DNA from: Bacilli bacterium
GTDB lineage: Bacteria; Bacillota_I; Bacilli_A; RFN20; CAG-826
Reading direction: 5' to 3'
Assembly: GCA_045132035.1 (NCBI GenBank)
Contig: JBGURM010000092.1
Location: 7,641 to 71,640 of the forward strand
DNA length: 64,000 nt
Shown here: piece after piece, positions 20,204-31,683 of the stretch
How positions within the stretch are numbered: position 1 is the stretch's first letter
Layout: each line of letters begins with the position of its first letter
The notes under the pieces: generated by a model
What the model was told of the DNA's origin: nothing
The model's database searches: none
The model's input: only the letters and a program-made list of their open reading frames with translations
Translations under genes and position numbers: made by a program

Positions 20204-20668
20204 ATGAAAACATTAATCATGCTAAGCGCTGTCCCAGCAGCGGGTAAATCTACTTGGGCAAAAAAATATCAAGAAACTCACCCAAATACTTATATCGTAA
20301 GTAGCGATGACGTGAGAATTGAAGTCTGCGGTAATTATCGTGACCACTCTAGACAAGCTGAAGTATGGGCGCTATTTGAAAAAAGAATCCACGAATATGG
20401 AGCTATTGATAACGCGACTGTTATTCTTGATGCACTTAATGACGTCAACCCTGTGAGACTTAAATATCTCACCACCACTCCAGAATTTGATAAAAAAATC
20501 TTAGTGCTCTTCCCTTCAACTTTAGAAAAAAGTCAAAAATATAACGGGCAAAGAGATGAAGATGTTCAAGTTCCTCCAGACATCTTAATTGGCTTATATA
20601 ATAAGTTTGAAGCACCAAGCCAAGAAGTCTTAGACCTAGTTGATGAAGTCATCGAAGTAAAATGGTAA
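20204..20668 (+). CDS. P-loop kinase, polynucleotide-kinase-like (AAA_33-type)
   Basis: MLSAVPAAGKSTWAKKY Walker A followed by ...SSDDVR..., resembling the T4 Pnk kinase domain pattern. GGAGAAG RBS. Confidence 0.55.
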   Translation: MKTLIMLSAVPAAGKSTWAKKYQETHPNTYIVSSDDVRIEVCGNYRDHSRQAEVWALFEKRIHEYGAIDNATVILDALNDVNPVRLKYLTTTPEFDKKILVLFPSTLEKSQKYNGQRDEDVQVPPDILIGLYNKFEAPSQEVLDLVDEVIEVKW

Positions 20669-20675
20669 TAATTAA

Positions 20676-20708
20676 ATCATCTATTCAAATCGGATAGATG
20701 ATTTTTTA
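20676..20708 (+). terminator. Rho-independent terminator of the kinase gene
   Basis: ATCATCTAT-loop-ATAGATGAT followed by TTTTTT. Confidence 0.6.
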
Positions 20709-20715
20709 TATAATA

Positions 20716-20743
20716 AAAACCTCCACTTAGTAGTAGAGGTTTT
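20716..20743 (-). terminator. Rho-independent terminator after rpoC
   Basis: AAAACCTC-loop-GAGGTTTT with a T-run on the minus strand. Confidence 0.55.
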
Positions 20744-20756
20744 AGTCATAGTTTAA

Positions 20757-23700
20757 TTAATGAGATTCTCCAGATTTTTGTTCAATCTTTTCGTGAATTT
20801 CATTAATGACACGGTCATGGTCTTCGACGTATCTATCTTTAACTTCATGCATTGTCTTTTCAACACTGAAATCCTTGAGGAGTTCGTTGTTTTCTGCTTC
20901 AGAGAGTAATCCTCTACCAGCAGGAATTAAGTGACCTGTGATGACGTTTTCTTTTAAGCCGTGTAAGTAATCGGTCTTACCTTTAATTGCAGCGTCAGTA
21001 AGAACTCTTGTAGTTTCTTGGAATGATGCGGCAGAAAGGAAGCTATCGGTTTCAAGAGCGGCTTTAGTAATACCTAAGATAAGAGGTGAGAAGACAGCAG
21101 GACGTTTACCGTTAATGATTGCTTCATTATTTTTCGCGGTAAATGTATTTAAGCTGACACGTGTACCGGCAATCATGTCGGTGTCACCACCATCGATAAC
21201 GAAGACTTTTCTTAACATTTGTCTAACGATAACTTCGATGTGTTTATCAGAAATACCGATAGATTGAGAAGAATAGACTTTTTGAACTTCTTTAACGATG
21301 TATCTTTCAACAGTCTTGACGTCACTAACTTCGAGTAATTTCTTAGGATCAATAGCACCTTCAGTGATTTTACCACCACTGACAACTTTATCGCCCTTCT
21401 TGACACGGAGTCTAGCGCCAAAGGCGGTTGTGTAAACTTTTGGTTCAGTTTCAATATCGTTTTCAATAGTAACTAAGTAGCAACCATTTCTTTCTTCAAT
21501 CTTAGTGACTTCACCACTAATTTCAGAAATGAGGGCTTCTCCTTTAGGAGTTCTAGCTTCAAAGAGTTCTTGAACACGAGGTAAACCTTGAGTAATATCG
21601 CTACCAGCAACACCACCAGTGTGGAAGGTTCTCATTGTTAATTGAGTACCTGGTTCACCGATGGATTGAGCAGCCATAATACCAACAGCTTCACCAACTT
21701 GAACTGTTCTACCTGTAGCAAGGTTACGTCCATAACAGTGGACACAGACACCATCTTTAGTTTCACAACCAAATAAGCTTCTGATTTCCACTTCAGTAAT
21801 TCCACAGTCAACGATTTCTTTTGCAGATTCTTCGTTAATCATGGTGTTACCTTGAACGATAACTTCACCAGTATTTGGATTAATGATATCGTTAAGGGCA
21901 AATCTACCGACTAAGCGGTCGAATAATTTGACAATAACAGCGTTTTTAGAGGTATCTCTAATTTCTCTAACAACAAAGCCGTGGTCTGTTCCACAATCGA
22001 CTTCTCTAACGATAACGTCTTGAGAAACGTCAACAAGTCTTCTTGTTAAGTAACCAGAGTCAGCGGTCTTCAAAGCAGTATCAGTACCACCTTTACGAGC
22101 ACCGTGGGTCGCAATAAAGAATTCAGAAACGGTCATACCTTCACGGAAACAACGTTTAACTGGTAATTCAATTTCACCACCAGAGGTGTTACCCATAAGA
22201 CCTCTCATACCTGCTAATTGGGTAATATTGGAGATGTTACCACGAGCACCACTATCACTCATCATGAAGATTGGGTTACGTGTATCTCTTTGTACTTGTT
22301 CAGAAAGACGATCTCTAACGAGTCTAGTAACGTTATTCCAAACAGCAACAACGCTATTATGTCTTTCTTTATCAGTTAACATACCAAGTTCGTACATTTC
22401 TTCGATTTCAGCAACTTTCTTGTCACCGTCTTCTAAGATTTGTTCCTTACCTTCAACCATGTGGATGTCATCTAAGGAGATGGTAAATCCAGCAACAGTC
22501 GCGTATTTGAAGCCTTGGTCTTTCATCTTATCAAGAACTGCACTGGTCTTTGGATTACCTTTACGGTCATAACGTTGGAAGATTTCATTAATAATCTTTC
22601 CTAAGTCACTCTTCTTGATAGGAGCTCTAACTGGTTGAGAAGCAATATAACTTCTCACATCTGTTCCAACTGGAACAAAGTATTCCGCTAAGTCACCCGC
22701 AATATTTTGTGAGTTAACAGCGTTTAAATATGGGAAATCACTTGGGAAGATTTGGTTGAAGATCATCTTACCAACAGAGGTAATGAGATAGCTTCTATTC
22801 ATTTCTTCAGTGAATCCCTTCTTCATAAGCGCACGGCCTAAGATGGCAATACGGTTATGTAAGTGGATTTGTTTTGTTTGATAAGCAAGTAAAACATCAT
22901 CAACACTTCTGAAGACTTTACCTTCACTAGCGGCGTAGAGTTCTAACTCTTCAGCGTATTCTGGATTTTCTTTTCTGATTGCATCAGCTTTCTTTAAGAA
23001 ATCTTCTTTAGTGTTTTCAAGTGTTAAGTAGTAGTTACCAATAACCATGTCTTGAGATGGAGTAACGATTGGTTTTCCATCTTTTGGACCTAAGATGTTA
23101 TTACTAGCAAGCATTAAGTGTAAAGCTTCTTCTTGAGCGGCTTTACTTAGTGGCACGTGAACCGCCATTTGGTCACCATCGAAGTCAGCGTTAAATCCGG
23201 TACAGACAAGTGGGTGTAAACGGATGGCACGACCATCAACTAAGCATGGTTGGAAGGCTTGGATACCAAGTCTATGTAATGTTGGAGCACGGTTAAGTAA
23301 CACTGGGTGTTTACCAATGATTTCTTCGACGATATCAAGAACTTCTGGTTCATATCTATCGATAATCTTGTCGGCTTGCTTATGCGCGTTCGCGATACCT
23401 CTTTTTAATAATTCACAGGCGATAAATGGTCTGAGGAGTTGGACTGCCATTTCTCTTGGTAAACCACATTGATACATCTTTAAGAATGGACCAACCGCGA
23501 TAACGGAACGACCAGAATAGTCGACACGTTTACCTAGTAAGTTTTGTCTAAATCTACCTTGTTTACCTTTTAAGCCACTGGATAATGATTTAAGAGGTCT
23601 TCCTCCTGGGCCAGTAACTGGTTTATTTCTTCTACCATTATCAATTAAAGCGTCAACTGCTTCTTGAAGCATACGTTTTTCATTGAAAAGAAGAACAGCA

Positions 23701-24662
23701 GGAGAATTCATATCGATTAATTTCTTTAAACGGTTGTTACGAGAAATAACACGACGATATAAATCATTTAAATCGGAGGTAGCAAATCTACCGCCATCGA
23801 GTTGAAGCATTGGTCTTAAATCTGGTGGAATAACTGGAATAACATCGAGTACCATCCATTCAGGTTTGTTGTCACTATGACGGAAAGCTTCAATAACTTC
23901 AAGTCTCTTAGTGAGTTTAGTTCTATTTAAAGCAGAGGTGCCTTTCATCTTTTTATTGATTTCTTCGGCTTCTTTGTCTAAATCGATGTCAGCGAGTAAT
24001 TTCTTAATCGCTGCTGCACCTTCGGAGAACTCTGCTCCGGTGTGCTTTTTAATGAAATTGTAGTTGGTTTCAAAGTCAAAGACTTCACTACGATTTTCAA
24101 GTCTAGCAATGAGTTCATCCGCTTTTAAATAGTCATCGCTACCTTCTTCTAATCTACCCTTAATCTCATTAAGGACAGGGATGAAAGCTTCACGACCATT
24201 CTTTTCGTTGATGAATTCAGATTTATAAAGAATTTCACTATCACCTGGGTTTAAGCAGATGTGAGCAGCGTAATAAGCAACTTCTTCTAAGTGTTTTGGA
24301 GAAACATCAAGAAGTAAGCCGATTCTTGAAGGAATACCTTTTAAATACCAAATATGTGTACATGGAGAAGCGAGTTCAATATGACCCATTCTTTCTCTAC
24401 GGACTTCTTTGGAGATAACTTCAACGCCACACTTTTCACAGACGACACCAGAATATCTAATTTTCTTGTATCTTCCACAGTGACATTCATAGTCCTTACT
24501 AGGACCAAAGATTTTTTCGCAGTATAAACCTTGCATTTCAGGTTTTTGGCTACGATAGTTAATGGTTTCTGGTTTTAAAACTTCACCATGAGACCATTTT
24601 CTAATTGTTTCTGGGGAGGCTAAGCCAACTTTAATCGCAGATAACTTTTTTACGTCAAACAT
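20757..24662 (-). CDS. rpoC: DNA-directed RNA polymerase subunit beta'
   Basis: 1301 aa with the NADFDGD catalytic motif and zinc-binding Cys clusters. Confidence 0.97.
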   Translation of the reverse strand: MFDVKKLSAIKVGLASPETIRKWSHGEVLKPETINYRSQKPEMQGLYCEKIFGPSKDYECHCGRYKKIRYSGVVCEKCGVEVISKEVRRERMGHIELASPCTHIWYLKGIPSRIGLLLDVSPKHLEEVAYYAAHICLNPGDSEILYKSEFINEKNGREAFIPVLNEIKGRLEEGSDDYLKADELIARLENRSEVFDFETNYNFIKKHTGAEFSEGAAAIKKLLADIDLDKEAEEINKKMKGTSALNRTKLTKRLEVIEAFRHSDNKPEWMVLDVIPVIPPDLRPMLQLDGGRFATSDLNDLYRRVISRNNRLKKLIDMNSPAVLLFNEKRMLQEAVDALIDNGRRNKPVTGPGGRPLKSLSSGLKGKQGRFRQNLLGKRVDYSGRSVIAVGPFLKMYQCGLPREMAVQLLRPFIACELLKRGIANAHKQADKIIDRYEPEVLDIVEEIIGKHPVLLNRAPTLHRLGIQAFQPCLVDGRAIRLHPLVCTGFNADFDGDQMAVHVPLSKAAQEEALHLMLASNNILGPKDGKPIVTPSQDMVIGNYYLTLENTKEDFLKKADAIRKENPEYAEELELYAASEGKVFRSVDDVLLAYQTKQIHLHNRIAILGRALMKKGFTEEMNRSYLITSVGKMIFNQIFPSDFPYLNAVNSQNIAGDLAEYFVPVGTDVRSYIASQPVRAPIKKSDLGKIINEIFQRYDRKGNPKTSAVLDKMKDQGFKYATVAGFTISLDDIHMVEGKEQILEDGDKKVAEIEEMYELGMLTDKERHNSVVAVWNNVTRLVRDRLSEQVQRDTRNPIFMMSDSGARGNISNITQLAGMRGLMGNTSGGEIELPVKRCFREGMTVSEFFIATHGARKGGTDTALKTADSGYLTRRLVDVSQDVIVREVDCGTDHGFVVREIRDTSKNAVIVKLFDRLVGRFALNDIINPNTGEVIVQGNTMINEESAKEIVDCGITEVEIRSLFGCETKDGVCVHCYGRNLATGRTVQVGEAVGIMAAQSIGEPGTQLTMRTFHTGGVAGSDITQGLPRVQELFEARTPKGEALISEISGEVTKIEERNGCYLVTIENDIETEPKVYTTAFGARLRVKKGDKVVSGGKITEGAIDPKKLLEVSDVKTVERYIVKEVQKVYSSQSIGISDKHIEVIVRQMLRKVFVIDGGDTDMIAGTRVSLNTFTAKNNEAIINGKRPAVFSPLILGITKAALETDSFLSAASFQETTRVLTDAAIKGKTDYLHGLKENVITGHLIPAGRGLLSEAENNELLKDFSVEKTMHEVKDRYVEDHDRVINEIHEKIEQKSGESH

Positions 24663-24675
24663 TGTTTAATCCTCC

Positions 24676-27600
24676 TTATTCTTTACTATCGACAACAGGA
24701 GTCATAGAGACTTCTTCGTCAATACCAGTTTGGACAGTTCCACTTTCTTCACCAACAAGGTTACGTAAAGAAGTATTGATTCTTCTTTCTTCCTTATCAG
24801 CTTCTTTTGCAAGAGCGTCCATATCAATGCTATTACCTTCGTTATCAAGGAGTTGAACATCCATTGATAAGGATTGTAATTCTTTAACTAAAACCTTGAA
24901 GGCTTCTGGAATACCAGCTTTTGGAAGTGGTTGATTCTTAATAATTGCCTCGTAGGTCTTTCTTCTACCGACACGGTCATCAGATTTAACAGTGATAATT
25001 TCTTGTAAGATGTGGGCAGCGCCATAAGCTTCAAGAGCCCAAACTTCCATTTCACCAAATCTTTGACCACCATTTTGGGCCTTACCACCAAGAGGTTGTT
25101 GTGTAACAAGTGAATATGGACCTGTCGCACGGGCGTGTAATTTGTCATCGACCATGTGGACAAGTTTAATCATGTACATAACGCCAACAGTGATTCTTTC
25201 ATCAAATGGATCACCAGTACGGCCATCATATAAGATGGTCTTACCATCTTTAGCCATGCCAGCTTTTTCCATCATCTCGAAGATTTCTTCGTTAGTAATG
25301 CCATCAAATACTGGGGTAGCAATCTTATAGCCAAGTTTCTTTAAAGCCATACCTAAGTGGACTTCAAGAATTTGACCGATGTTCATACGGGAAGGAACAC
25401 CGAGTGGGTTGAGCATGATGTCAACAGGTGTGCCATCTGGTAAGAATGGCATATCGGCTTCTGGTAAGATACGGGAAATAACACCCTTATTACCGTGACG
25501 ACCAGACATCTTGTCACCTTCAGAGATCTTTCTCTTTTGAACAATATAAACGGTAACGATTTCATTAACTCCTGGTGGGAGAATGTTATCTTTAGCCTTT
25601 TCTTCTCTTTTACGAATCTTCACATCGAGAACAATACCTGCTCCACCATGTGGGACACGTAAGGAGGCATCTTTACCTTCGTTGGTCTTTTCTCCGAAGA
25701 TCGCCATTAAGAGTTTTTCTTCAGGAGTTGGTTCTGTTTGTCCTCTTGGAGTGACTTTACCAACTAAGATATCGCCTTCTTTAACTTCAGTACCAACAAC
25801 GACGATACCGCGACTATCTAAGCGAGCCTTAGCTTCAGTTGAAACATTTGGTACATCAGCGGTGATTTCTTCATCACCTAATTTTGGAATGCTTCTACAT
25901 TCGCAATCATATTTTTCAATATGAATAGTTGTATAGACGTCATCTTTCACGAGTCTTTCACTCATGATGACCGCGTCTTCATAGTTATATCCGTTCCAGG
26001 ACATGAAGGCAATGGTCACGTTTTGACCTAAAGCAAGGTCTCCGTTTTCCATAGCAGGACCATCAGCGATGATTTGTCCTTTCTTCACTTTGTCACCAAC
26101 TTTGACGATGGAGACTTGGTTGATACATGTTCCTTGGTTAGAACGTTCAAATTTTTGTAAATGATATGTGACTGGTTCACTCTTACCTTTTTCTAAGATT
26201 TCGATTGTTTTGCAATCAGTGTAAGTGACAACACCATCATTAGCAGCAACAACCGCTAAACCTGAGTCACGAGCAACTTGGTGTTCAAGTCCAGTTCCCA
26301 CTAAAGGAGCGTGTGGTCTAAGTAATGGAAGGGCTTGACGTTGCATGTTGGAACCCATAAGAGCACGCATAGTATCATCGTTTTCAAGGAATGGAATGCT
26401 ACCAGCGGCAATCGAAACAATTTGTTTTGGGCTGACGTCGACAAAGTCGACATCTTCTTTCTTAGCTAAGATGTTTTCGCCATGATGTCTAGCAACAACC
26501 ACTTCATCAAGAATTTCGCCATTCTCTCCTAAGTTGATGTTTGCTTCAGCGATAATATAATCCCATTCTTCATCCGCGGTTAAATAAACACTATCTTCAG
26601 CTTTTGAGAGAACTGTACATGTTTTCTTGTCAACTGGACGATATGGAGTCTCTATAAATCCATATTTATTTACTTTCGCGTATGAGGCTAAGTTGTTAAT
26701 AAGACCGATGTTTTGACCTTCAGGTGTTTCAATTGGACAAATACGTCCATAGTGAGAAACGTGAACGTCACGAACTTCAGTACTCGCGCGGTCTCTAGTT
26801 AATCCACCAGGACCTAAGGCTGATAATCTTCTCTTATTGGTAAGTTCAGAAAGTGGATTGGTTTGATCCATGAATTGAGATAATTGTGAACTTGCGAAGA
26901 ATTCTCTAATTGAGGCAACAAGAGGACGTGGGTTGATTAAGGCTTTTGGTTTGACATTACCTAAATCAGAAATTGACATCTTTTGTTGGACAGTTTTGAG
27001 CATCTTAGCTAAACCAACACGGAATTGGTTTTGGATAAGTTCTCCAACACATCTCACTCTTCTATTACCTAAGTGGTCGATATCATCAGTGTCACCGAAA
27101 CCATCCATGACGTTAAGGAAGTATGAAAATACTGCGATAATATCACAAATGTTTACATAAGTAGATGTATTGTGTAAGTCAGTACCGATAATAACGGAAA
27201 CTTTCTTATCTTTATCGTTGTTATAAACTTTAACAATATTGACTCTGCCATTATCGTTAAGTCTTTCGTTGATTTTAACTTTCTTGAGGTGAGCGCCTTG
27301 TTCGAAGAATTCTTCATTTCTTAAAGCTTCAACATCTTCAACAGATAATTGATGTCCTTTAGGGAATCTCACTTCTCCTTCAGCAGAGATTAAGTTTTCA
27401 GCAAGAGTTCTACCTGGTAAACGATTGTAGATACCAAGTTTCTTGATGAATTTATATCTACCTGCTCTACCAAGGTCATATCTCTTCTCATCAAAGAATC
27501 TTTGGACTAAGAAGTTGATTGTACCTTCTTCTGTAACTGGTTCGCCTGGTTTCATCTTTTTGAAGATATCCACTAAAGCGGCCTTGCAGGATTTGACTTT

Positions 27601-28278
27601 GGCTTCTTCTTTCTCAAGAGTGTTGTGTAAAGCGAAATTGCTACCAAAGAGTTTTTCAATATCTTCACTTGTTTCTAAGCCTAACGCTCTTAAAAGTGTT
27701 GTTGCGTGGATTTTTCTTTGTCTATCAATACGGACAGATAATAAATCTTTTGCATCACTTTCAAATTGTAACCATGTACCTCTTCCTGGAATTAAGTCAG
27801 CTTCATAAATATATTTGCCGGCTTTAAATTCTTTAGAAAGGTAAGCACCTGGAGATCTAACAAGTTGAGAAACGATAACTCTTTCCGCTCCGTTAACGAT
27901 GAATGTTCCACTATTTGTCATAAGTGGGAGATCACCCATGAAAACTTCGCTTTCTTGGATTTCGCCTGTTTCTTTATGAATTAAACGTACGGTGATGTAC
28001 ATTGGTACGTTATATGTTAAGTCTTTTTCTTTGCATTCAAGATAGGAATGCTTTGGTTCACCTAATCTAATTGAAATGTATTCGATAGTTAATGTACCGA
28101 TATAGTTTTCAATAGGGAATGATTCTCTGAAGACTTCATCTAATCCTTTTTCTAAGAATTCAGCGTAACTCTTAGTTTGGATTTCCACTAAATTTGGAAG
28201 AGGAAGATCACCAGAAATCTTGGAGTAATCATAACGGTGATTATTGATTTGTCTAAGATCAGTAATATTTCTTGACAT
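24676..28278 (-). CDS. rpoB: DNA-directed RNA polymerase subunit beta
   Basis: 1200 aa, canonical beta subunit. Confidence 0.97.
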   Translation of the reverse strand: MSRNITDLRQINNHRYDYSKISGDLPLPNLVEIQTKSYAEFLEKGLDEVFRESFPIENYIGTLTIEYISIRLGEPKHSYLECKEKDLTYNVPMYITVRLIHKETGEIQESEVFMGDLPLMTNSGTFIVNGAERVIVSQLVRSPGAYLSKEFKAGKYIYEADLIPGRGTWLQFESDAKDLLSVRIDRQRKIHATTLLRALGLETSEDIEKLFGSNFALHNTLEKEEAKVKSCKAALVDIFKKMKPGEPVTEEGTINFLVQRFFDEKRYDLGRAGRYKFIKKLGIYNRLPGRTLAENLISAEGEVRFPKGHQLSVEDVEALRNEEFFEQGAHLKKVKINERLNDNGRVNIVKVYNNDKDKKVSVIIGTDLHNTSTYVNICDIIAVFSYFLNVMDGFGDTDDIDHLGNRRVRCVGELIQNQFRVGLAKMLKTVQQKMSISDLGNVKPKALINPRPLVASIREFFASSQLSQFMDQTNPLSELTNKRRLSALGPGGLTRDRASTEVRDVHVSHYGRICPIETPEGQNIGLINNLASYAKVNKYGFIETPYRPVDKKTCTVLSKAEDSVYLTADEEWDYIIAEANINLGENGEILDEVVVARHHGENILAKKEDVDFVDVSPKQIVSIAAGSIPFLENDDTMRALMGSNMQRQALPLLRPHAPLVGTGLEHQVARDSGLAVVAANDGVVTYTDCKTIEILEKGKSEPVTYHLQKFERSNQGTCINQVSIVKVGDKVKKGQIIADGPAMENGDLALGQNVTIAFMSWNGYNYEDAVIMSERLVKDDVYTTIHIEKYDCECRSIPKLGDEEITADVPNVSTEAKARLDSRGIVVVGTEVKEGDILVGKVTPRGQTEPTPEEKLLMAIFGEKTNEGKDASLRVPHGGAGIVLDVKIRKREEKAKDNILPPGVNEIVTVYIVQKRKISEGDKMSGRHGNKGVISRILPEADMPFLPDGTPVDIMLNPLGVPSRMNIGQILEVHLGMALKKLGYKIATPVFDGITNEEIFEMMEKAGMAKDGKTILYDGRTGDPFDERITVGVMYMIKLVHMVDDKLHARATGPYSLVTQQPLGGKAQNGGQRFGEMEVWALEAYGAAHILQEIITVKSDDRVGRRKTYEAIIKNQPLPKAGIPEAFKVLVKELQSLSMDVQLLDNEGNSIDMDALAKEADKEERRINTSLRNLVGEESGTVQTGIDEEVSMTPVVDSKE

Positions 28279-28308
28279 TCTAATGGCTCCTTTTTCTATA
28301 AAAATGTT

Positions 28309-28917
28309 CTAGTTCACTTTTGTGGCTTTAATTATCCAATAGCCTTTTTCTTTATGAAGCACGGAAACGTTTTCAAATACTGTTTCGAGATATTTGAAAG
28401 CGCTCTCTGCTCCTTGCTTTTTTCTAATGACCACATATAGCGAACCGCCATCAATTAAGTATTGTCTGCTCCCGGAATACATTGAGTAGGTAACAACTTT
28501 ACCAGCTCGTATTGGAGGATTGACAACAATTGAATCATATGGTCCTTCAATCTTTTCGAAGATGTCACTATGAAGGAAGGTGACTCGATTATTTAAATTC
28601 AGACGTTCCCCGCTCTTTGACGCTAGAGCGAGTGCGCGCGAATTAATATCAGCGAGATCAACTCTCGCTTCTTTCGATTCTTGAGCAATAGTTAGACCAA
28701 TCGGTCCATAACCACACCCTAAATCAAGGATTCTTCCGGATAAACCAAGGGGAAGTAATGCCTTCAAAAAGATAAAACTCCCCTCATCAATCCGTGATTT
28801 TGAAAATACTCCATTGTCGGTGTAATAGGTATACGTTTTACCGAAAAGTGTGAAACTAATTTCCCTAATATGAGAAGTAATTTCTGGATTCTCGTCAAAA
28901 TAATGACTCATTGACAC
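28309..28917 (-). CDS. Class I SAM-dependent methyltransferase (RsmC/RlmG-like, NPPI motif)
   Basis: LDLGCGYGPIG SAM motif and VVNPPI. It occupies the rplL-rpoB position held by ybxB-type methyltransferases in Firmicutes. Confidence 0.7.
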   Translation of the reverse strand: MSMSHYFDENPEITSHIREISFTLFGKTYTYYTDNGVFSKSRIDEGSFIFLKALLPLGLSGRILDLGCGYGPIGLTIAQESKEARVDLADINSRALALASKSGERLNLNNRVTFLHSDIFEKIEGPYDSIVVNPPIRAGKVVTYSMYSGSRQYLIDGGSLYVVIRKKQGAESAFKYLETVFENVSVLHKEKGYWIIKATKVN

Positions 28918-28946
28918 CTCAGAGTATATAAGATAGGAACGCTAAC

Positions 28947-29321
28947 TTATTTAATTTCGCATTCAGCGCCAGCGGCTTCAAGAGCTTTCTTGTGTTCTTC
29001 AGCTTCAACTGGTGAAATGTGTTCTTTAACAGCAACTGGAGCAGCGTCGACTAATTTCTTTGCATCCATTAAGCCTAAGCCAGTAATTGCTTGAACTGCT
29101 TTGATAACTTGGACTTTGGAAGCACCAACAGACTTAATGAATAAGCTGACTTCGCTTGGTCCTTTTGCTTCTTCTTCTTCAGCTGGGGCAGCAGCGACTG
29201 CAACAGGTGCAGCAGCAGTGACACCAAATTCTTCTTCAATAGCTTTGACTAATTCGTTTAATTCGAGAACAGTCATTTCTTTTAAGCTAGCAATGATTTC
29301 TTCATTTGTTAATTTAGCCAT
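28947..29321 (-). CDS. rplL: 50S ribosomal protein L7/L12
   Basis: Canonical sequence with an alanine-rich hinge. Confidence 0.95.
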   Translation of the reverse strand: MAKLTNEEIIASLKEMTVLELNELVKAIEEEFGVTAAAPVAVAAAPAEEEEAKGPSEVSLFIKSVGASKVQVIKAVQAITGLGLMDAKKLVDAAPVAVKEHISPVEAEEHKKALEAAGAECEIK

Positions 29322-29345
29322 TTTTAATTTCCTCCTTAATTGGCA

Positions 29346-29831
29346 TTATTTATCCGCAACAGCCTTAACTGTACAGGCAAATTGACGGACAGGTGCTTGT
29401 AAGCACGATAGTAACATGGCAAGCATGCCCTCTTTGTTTGGAAGTTTGGAAACTTCTAAGACTGCGTTTTTATCAGCATATTTTCCTTCGAAGACACCAC
29501 CCTTAATTTTCAAAGAGTCACCATATCTTTTTGCGTATTTAGCGAGAACTTTAGCTCCACCACTAACATCTTCAGAGAAGAAGATAGCGTTAGGACCTTC
29601 AAGAATTTGCTTTAAGTCTGTATAACCAAGTTCATCAGCTGCTCTTTCAACTAAAGAATTCTTGTAAACGTTCATAGTAGCGTGTTCGGCTGCTAAAGCA
29701 CGTCTTAATTCTTGAGTCTTAGCAACGGTTAATCCGCGGTATTCTGCAACGATAATTCCAGAACTTGCTTGAGCTTTGCTAACGATCTCTTTAACGACTT
29801 CTTGTTTTGCGCTTAAGACATCTTTGTTCAT
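29346..29831 (-). CDS. rplJ: 50S ribosomal protein L10
   Basis: Canonical L10. Confidence 0.95.
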   Translation of the reverse strand: MNKDVLSAKQEVVKEIVSKAQASSGIIVAEYRGLTVAKTQELRRALAAEHATMNVYKNSLVERAADELGYTDLKQILEGPNAIFFSEDVSGGAKVLAKYAKRYGDSLKIKGGVFEGKYADKNAVLEVSKLPNKEGMLAMLLSCLQAPVRQFACTVKAVADK

Positions 29832-29974
29832 GTTTTCTTGACCTCCTTTTCAATTTGTTTGGTTTTTTGAGGCTCCAATATACAGTGAGAATAAAATGTA
29901 TTTTTCTTCACCTAGGTAACATTATTAAGACTCAAACGTCCGTTACTGTCTTTGGTATATTGAAATCTTTTTAA
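29832..29974 (-). promoter_or_regulatory. Putative L10 (rplJ) leader. A 143-nt structured intergenic region sits in the position of the autoregulatory L10-leader.
   Basis: Position between rplA and rplJ. Called on position only; motifs were not verified. Confidence 0.3.
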
Positions 29975-30655
29975 TTAACGACCATTAAATGTGAAGTGGA
30001 TGGCTGGACCCATGGTCGTATGGATGACAGCGTTTTTAATGTAAGTACCTTTAACTGCAGCTGGTCTTGCCTTGATAATAGCGTCAACTAAGGCGTGTAA
30101 GTTTTCTGCAATCTTGGTTTCATCAAAGCTCACTCTGGCAATAGAAACGTGCATATTTGCTTCTTTGTCAGTACGGTATTCCACTTTACCGGCTTTGATA
30201 TCTTTAATCGCACGAGCGATATCAGGATTGACTGTACCTGTCTTTGGGTTTGGCATTAAGCCTTTAGGACCGAGAAGACGAGCAACTTTACCTAATAAAG
30301 GCATCATGTTTGGAGTAGCAACAACAGCTTCGAAGTCAAACCACCCACCGGCGATTTTTTCGATCATTTCTGCTCCACCAACAAGATCTGCTCCTGCGTT
30401 AGTAGCTTCTTCAACTTTATCAGTAATGGCTAAGACTTTCTTTGTTTTACCATTTCCGTGTGGAAGGACGAGAGTTCCTCTGACTTGTTGATTGGCTTGT
30501 TTTGGGTCGACATTGAGTTTGAATGAGACATCGACTGTCGCATCAAATTTAACTGTAGAAGTTTCTTTGACGAGTTTGACAGCTTCTTCGATGCTATAGA
30601 GTTTGGTTGAGTCTACTTTTTGTAAAGCAGCAACGTATTTCTTACCTTTTTTCAT
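29975..30655 (-). CDS. rplA: 50S ribosomal protein L1
   Basis: Canonical L1. The true start is ATG at 30653-30655 (MKKGKKY) after a GAGGTG RBS; the track start is an upstream GTG. Confidence 0.95.
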   Translation of the reverse strand: MKKGKKYVAALQKVDSTKLYSIEEAVKLVKETSTVKFDATVDVSFKLNVDPKQANQQVRGTLVLPHGNGKTKKVLAITDKVEEATNAGADLVGGAEMIEKIAGGWFDFEAVVATPNMMPLLGKVARLLGPKGLMPNPKTGTVNPDIARAIKDIKAGKVEYRTDKEANMHVSIARVSFDETKIAENLHALVDAIIKARPAAVKGTYIKNAVIHTTMGPAIHFTFNGR

Positions 30656-30666
30656 AAGCACCTCGA

Positions 30667-31080
30667 TTAGTCGTCAACGACGATTCCCATATTACGAGCA
30701 CTACCTTCAACGATTTTCATAGCCGCTTCAATGTCATTAGCGTTTAAATCAGGTAATTTGTACTCAGCAATTTCTTTGAGTTGCGCTCTAGTGATGTGTC
30801 CGACGACACTCTTAGAACCAGTAGCGGAACCCTTTTGAATTCCAGCAGCTTTGAGAAGTAATGGAGCAACTGGAGAAGTTTTGATGACAAAGTCGCAGGA
30901 CTTGTCTTCATAAGCCGTAATGATGACTGGGACGATTTCCCCACGTCTATCCGCTGTCTTAGCGTTGAAGTCTGTACAGAACTTCGCCATGTTAATACCA
31001 GCAGATGCGAGTTTTGGTCCTGGTTTTGCTTCACCACCAGGAAGTTCCATCTTTAGGACTTTCGCGATTTTTTTACTCAC
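30667..31080 (-). CDS. rplK: 50S ribosomal protein L11
   Basis: Canonical L11. Confidence 0.95.
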   Translation of the reverse strand: MSKKIAKVLKMELPGGEAKPGPKLASAGINMAKFCTDFNAKTADRRGEIVPVIITAYEDKSCDFVIKTSPVAPLLLKAAGIQKGSATGSKSVVGHITRAQLKEIAEYKLPDLNANDIEAAMKIVEGSARNMGIVVDD

Positions 31081-31634
31081 GTGACTTTCCTCCTATATTT
31101 AGATTTGTCCGTGCTGTGGTACGGGTGAATCACCACTCTTCCACAGAACATTACATGTGTGCGATACACTCTCTCGTATGCGTAAAGCCACATGCTTGAA
31201 TAGAATATCAAATACGCATACACGATTGCAAGACAATTTTTAAGAAAATTTCATGAGTGTGTATATGTAAAAAAGTTATTAATAATATTAATAATTTAAT
31301 AGTTGGAAAAGATTAAAAAAGATGATTCTGCCAATCGAGTTTCCTCGCATTGTCGGCACAGGAGGACTAGGCTCCAACAAATCATCTACAGTTATTTAAG
31401 CATTATAATAAAGAGATTGCAACTAATAAAATGGTGTTTAACTTACATTTTAATATGATATATGAATAATAGTTGATGGATACATTCAAGTATTGGAACA
31501 CTTCTACTTATGGTCTCAAAGTACAAAATAGGTGGTTTATTGACATAAAACATTAAGTGTTGTATTGATAAGATGTTTTTAATCACAAAAAGGATGAGTA
31601 AAATTTAACTGTATTTTTGATACACTACAAATAA

Positions 31635-31663
31635 TAAAAAAGCGTTGCCGATTTGACAACGCT
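31635..31663 (-). terminator. Rho-independent terminator of the LRR/fibre operon
   Basis: AGCGTTG-loop-CAACGCT followed by TTTTTTATTATTT on the minus strand. Confidence 0.6.
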
Positions 31664-31683
31664 ATTTGATTAGAAAAATATTT

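Noticed and set aside
31200-31634. Small ORFs or ncRNA in the 550-bp gap upstream of rplK
   Set aside because: No convincing ORF with an RBS is present. The gap likely holds the relocated rplK promoter and leader. It is too ambiguous by eye to annotate.
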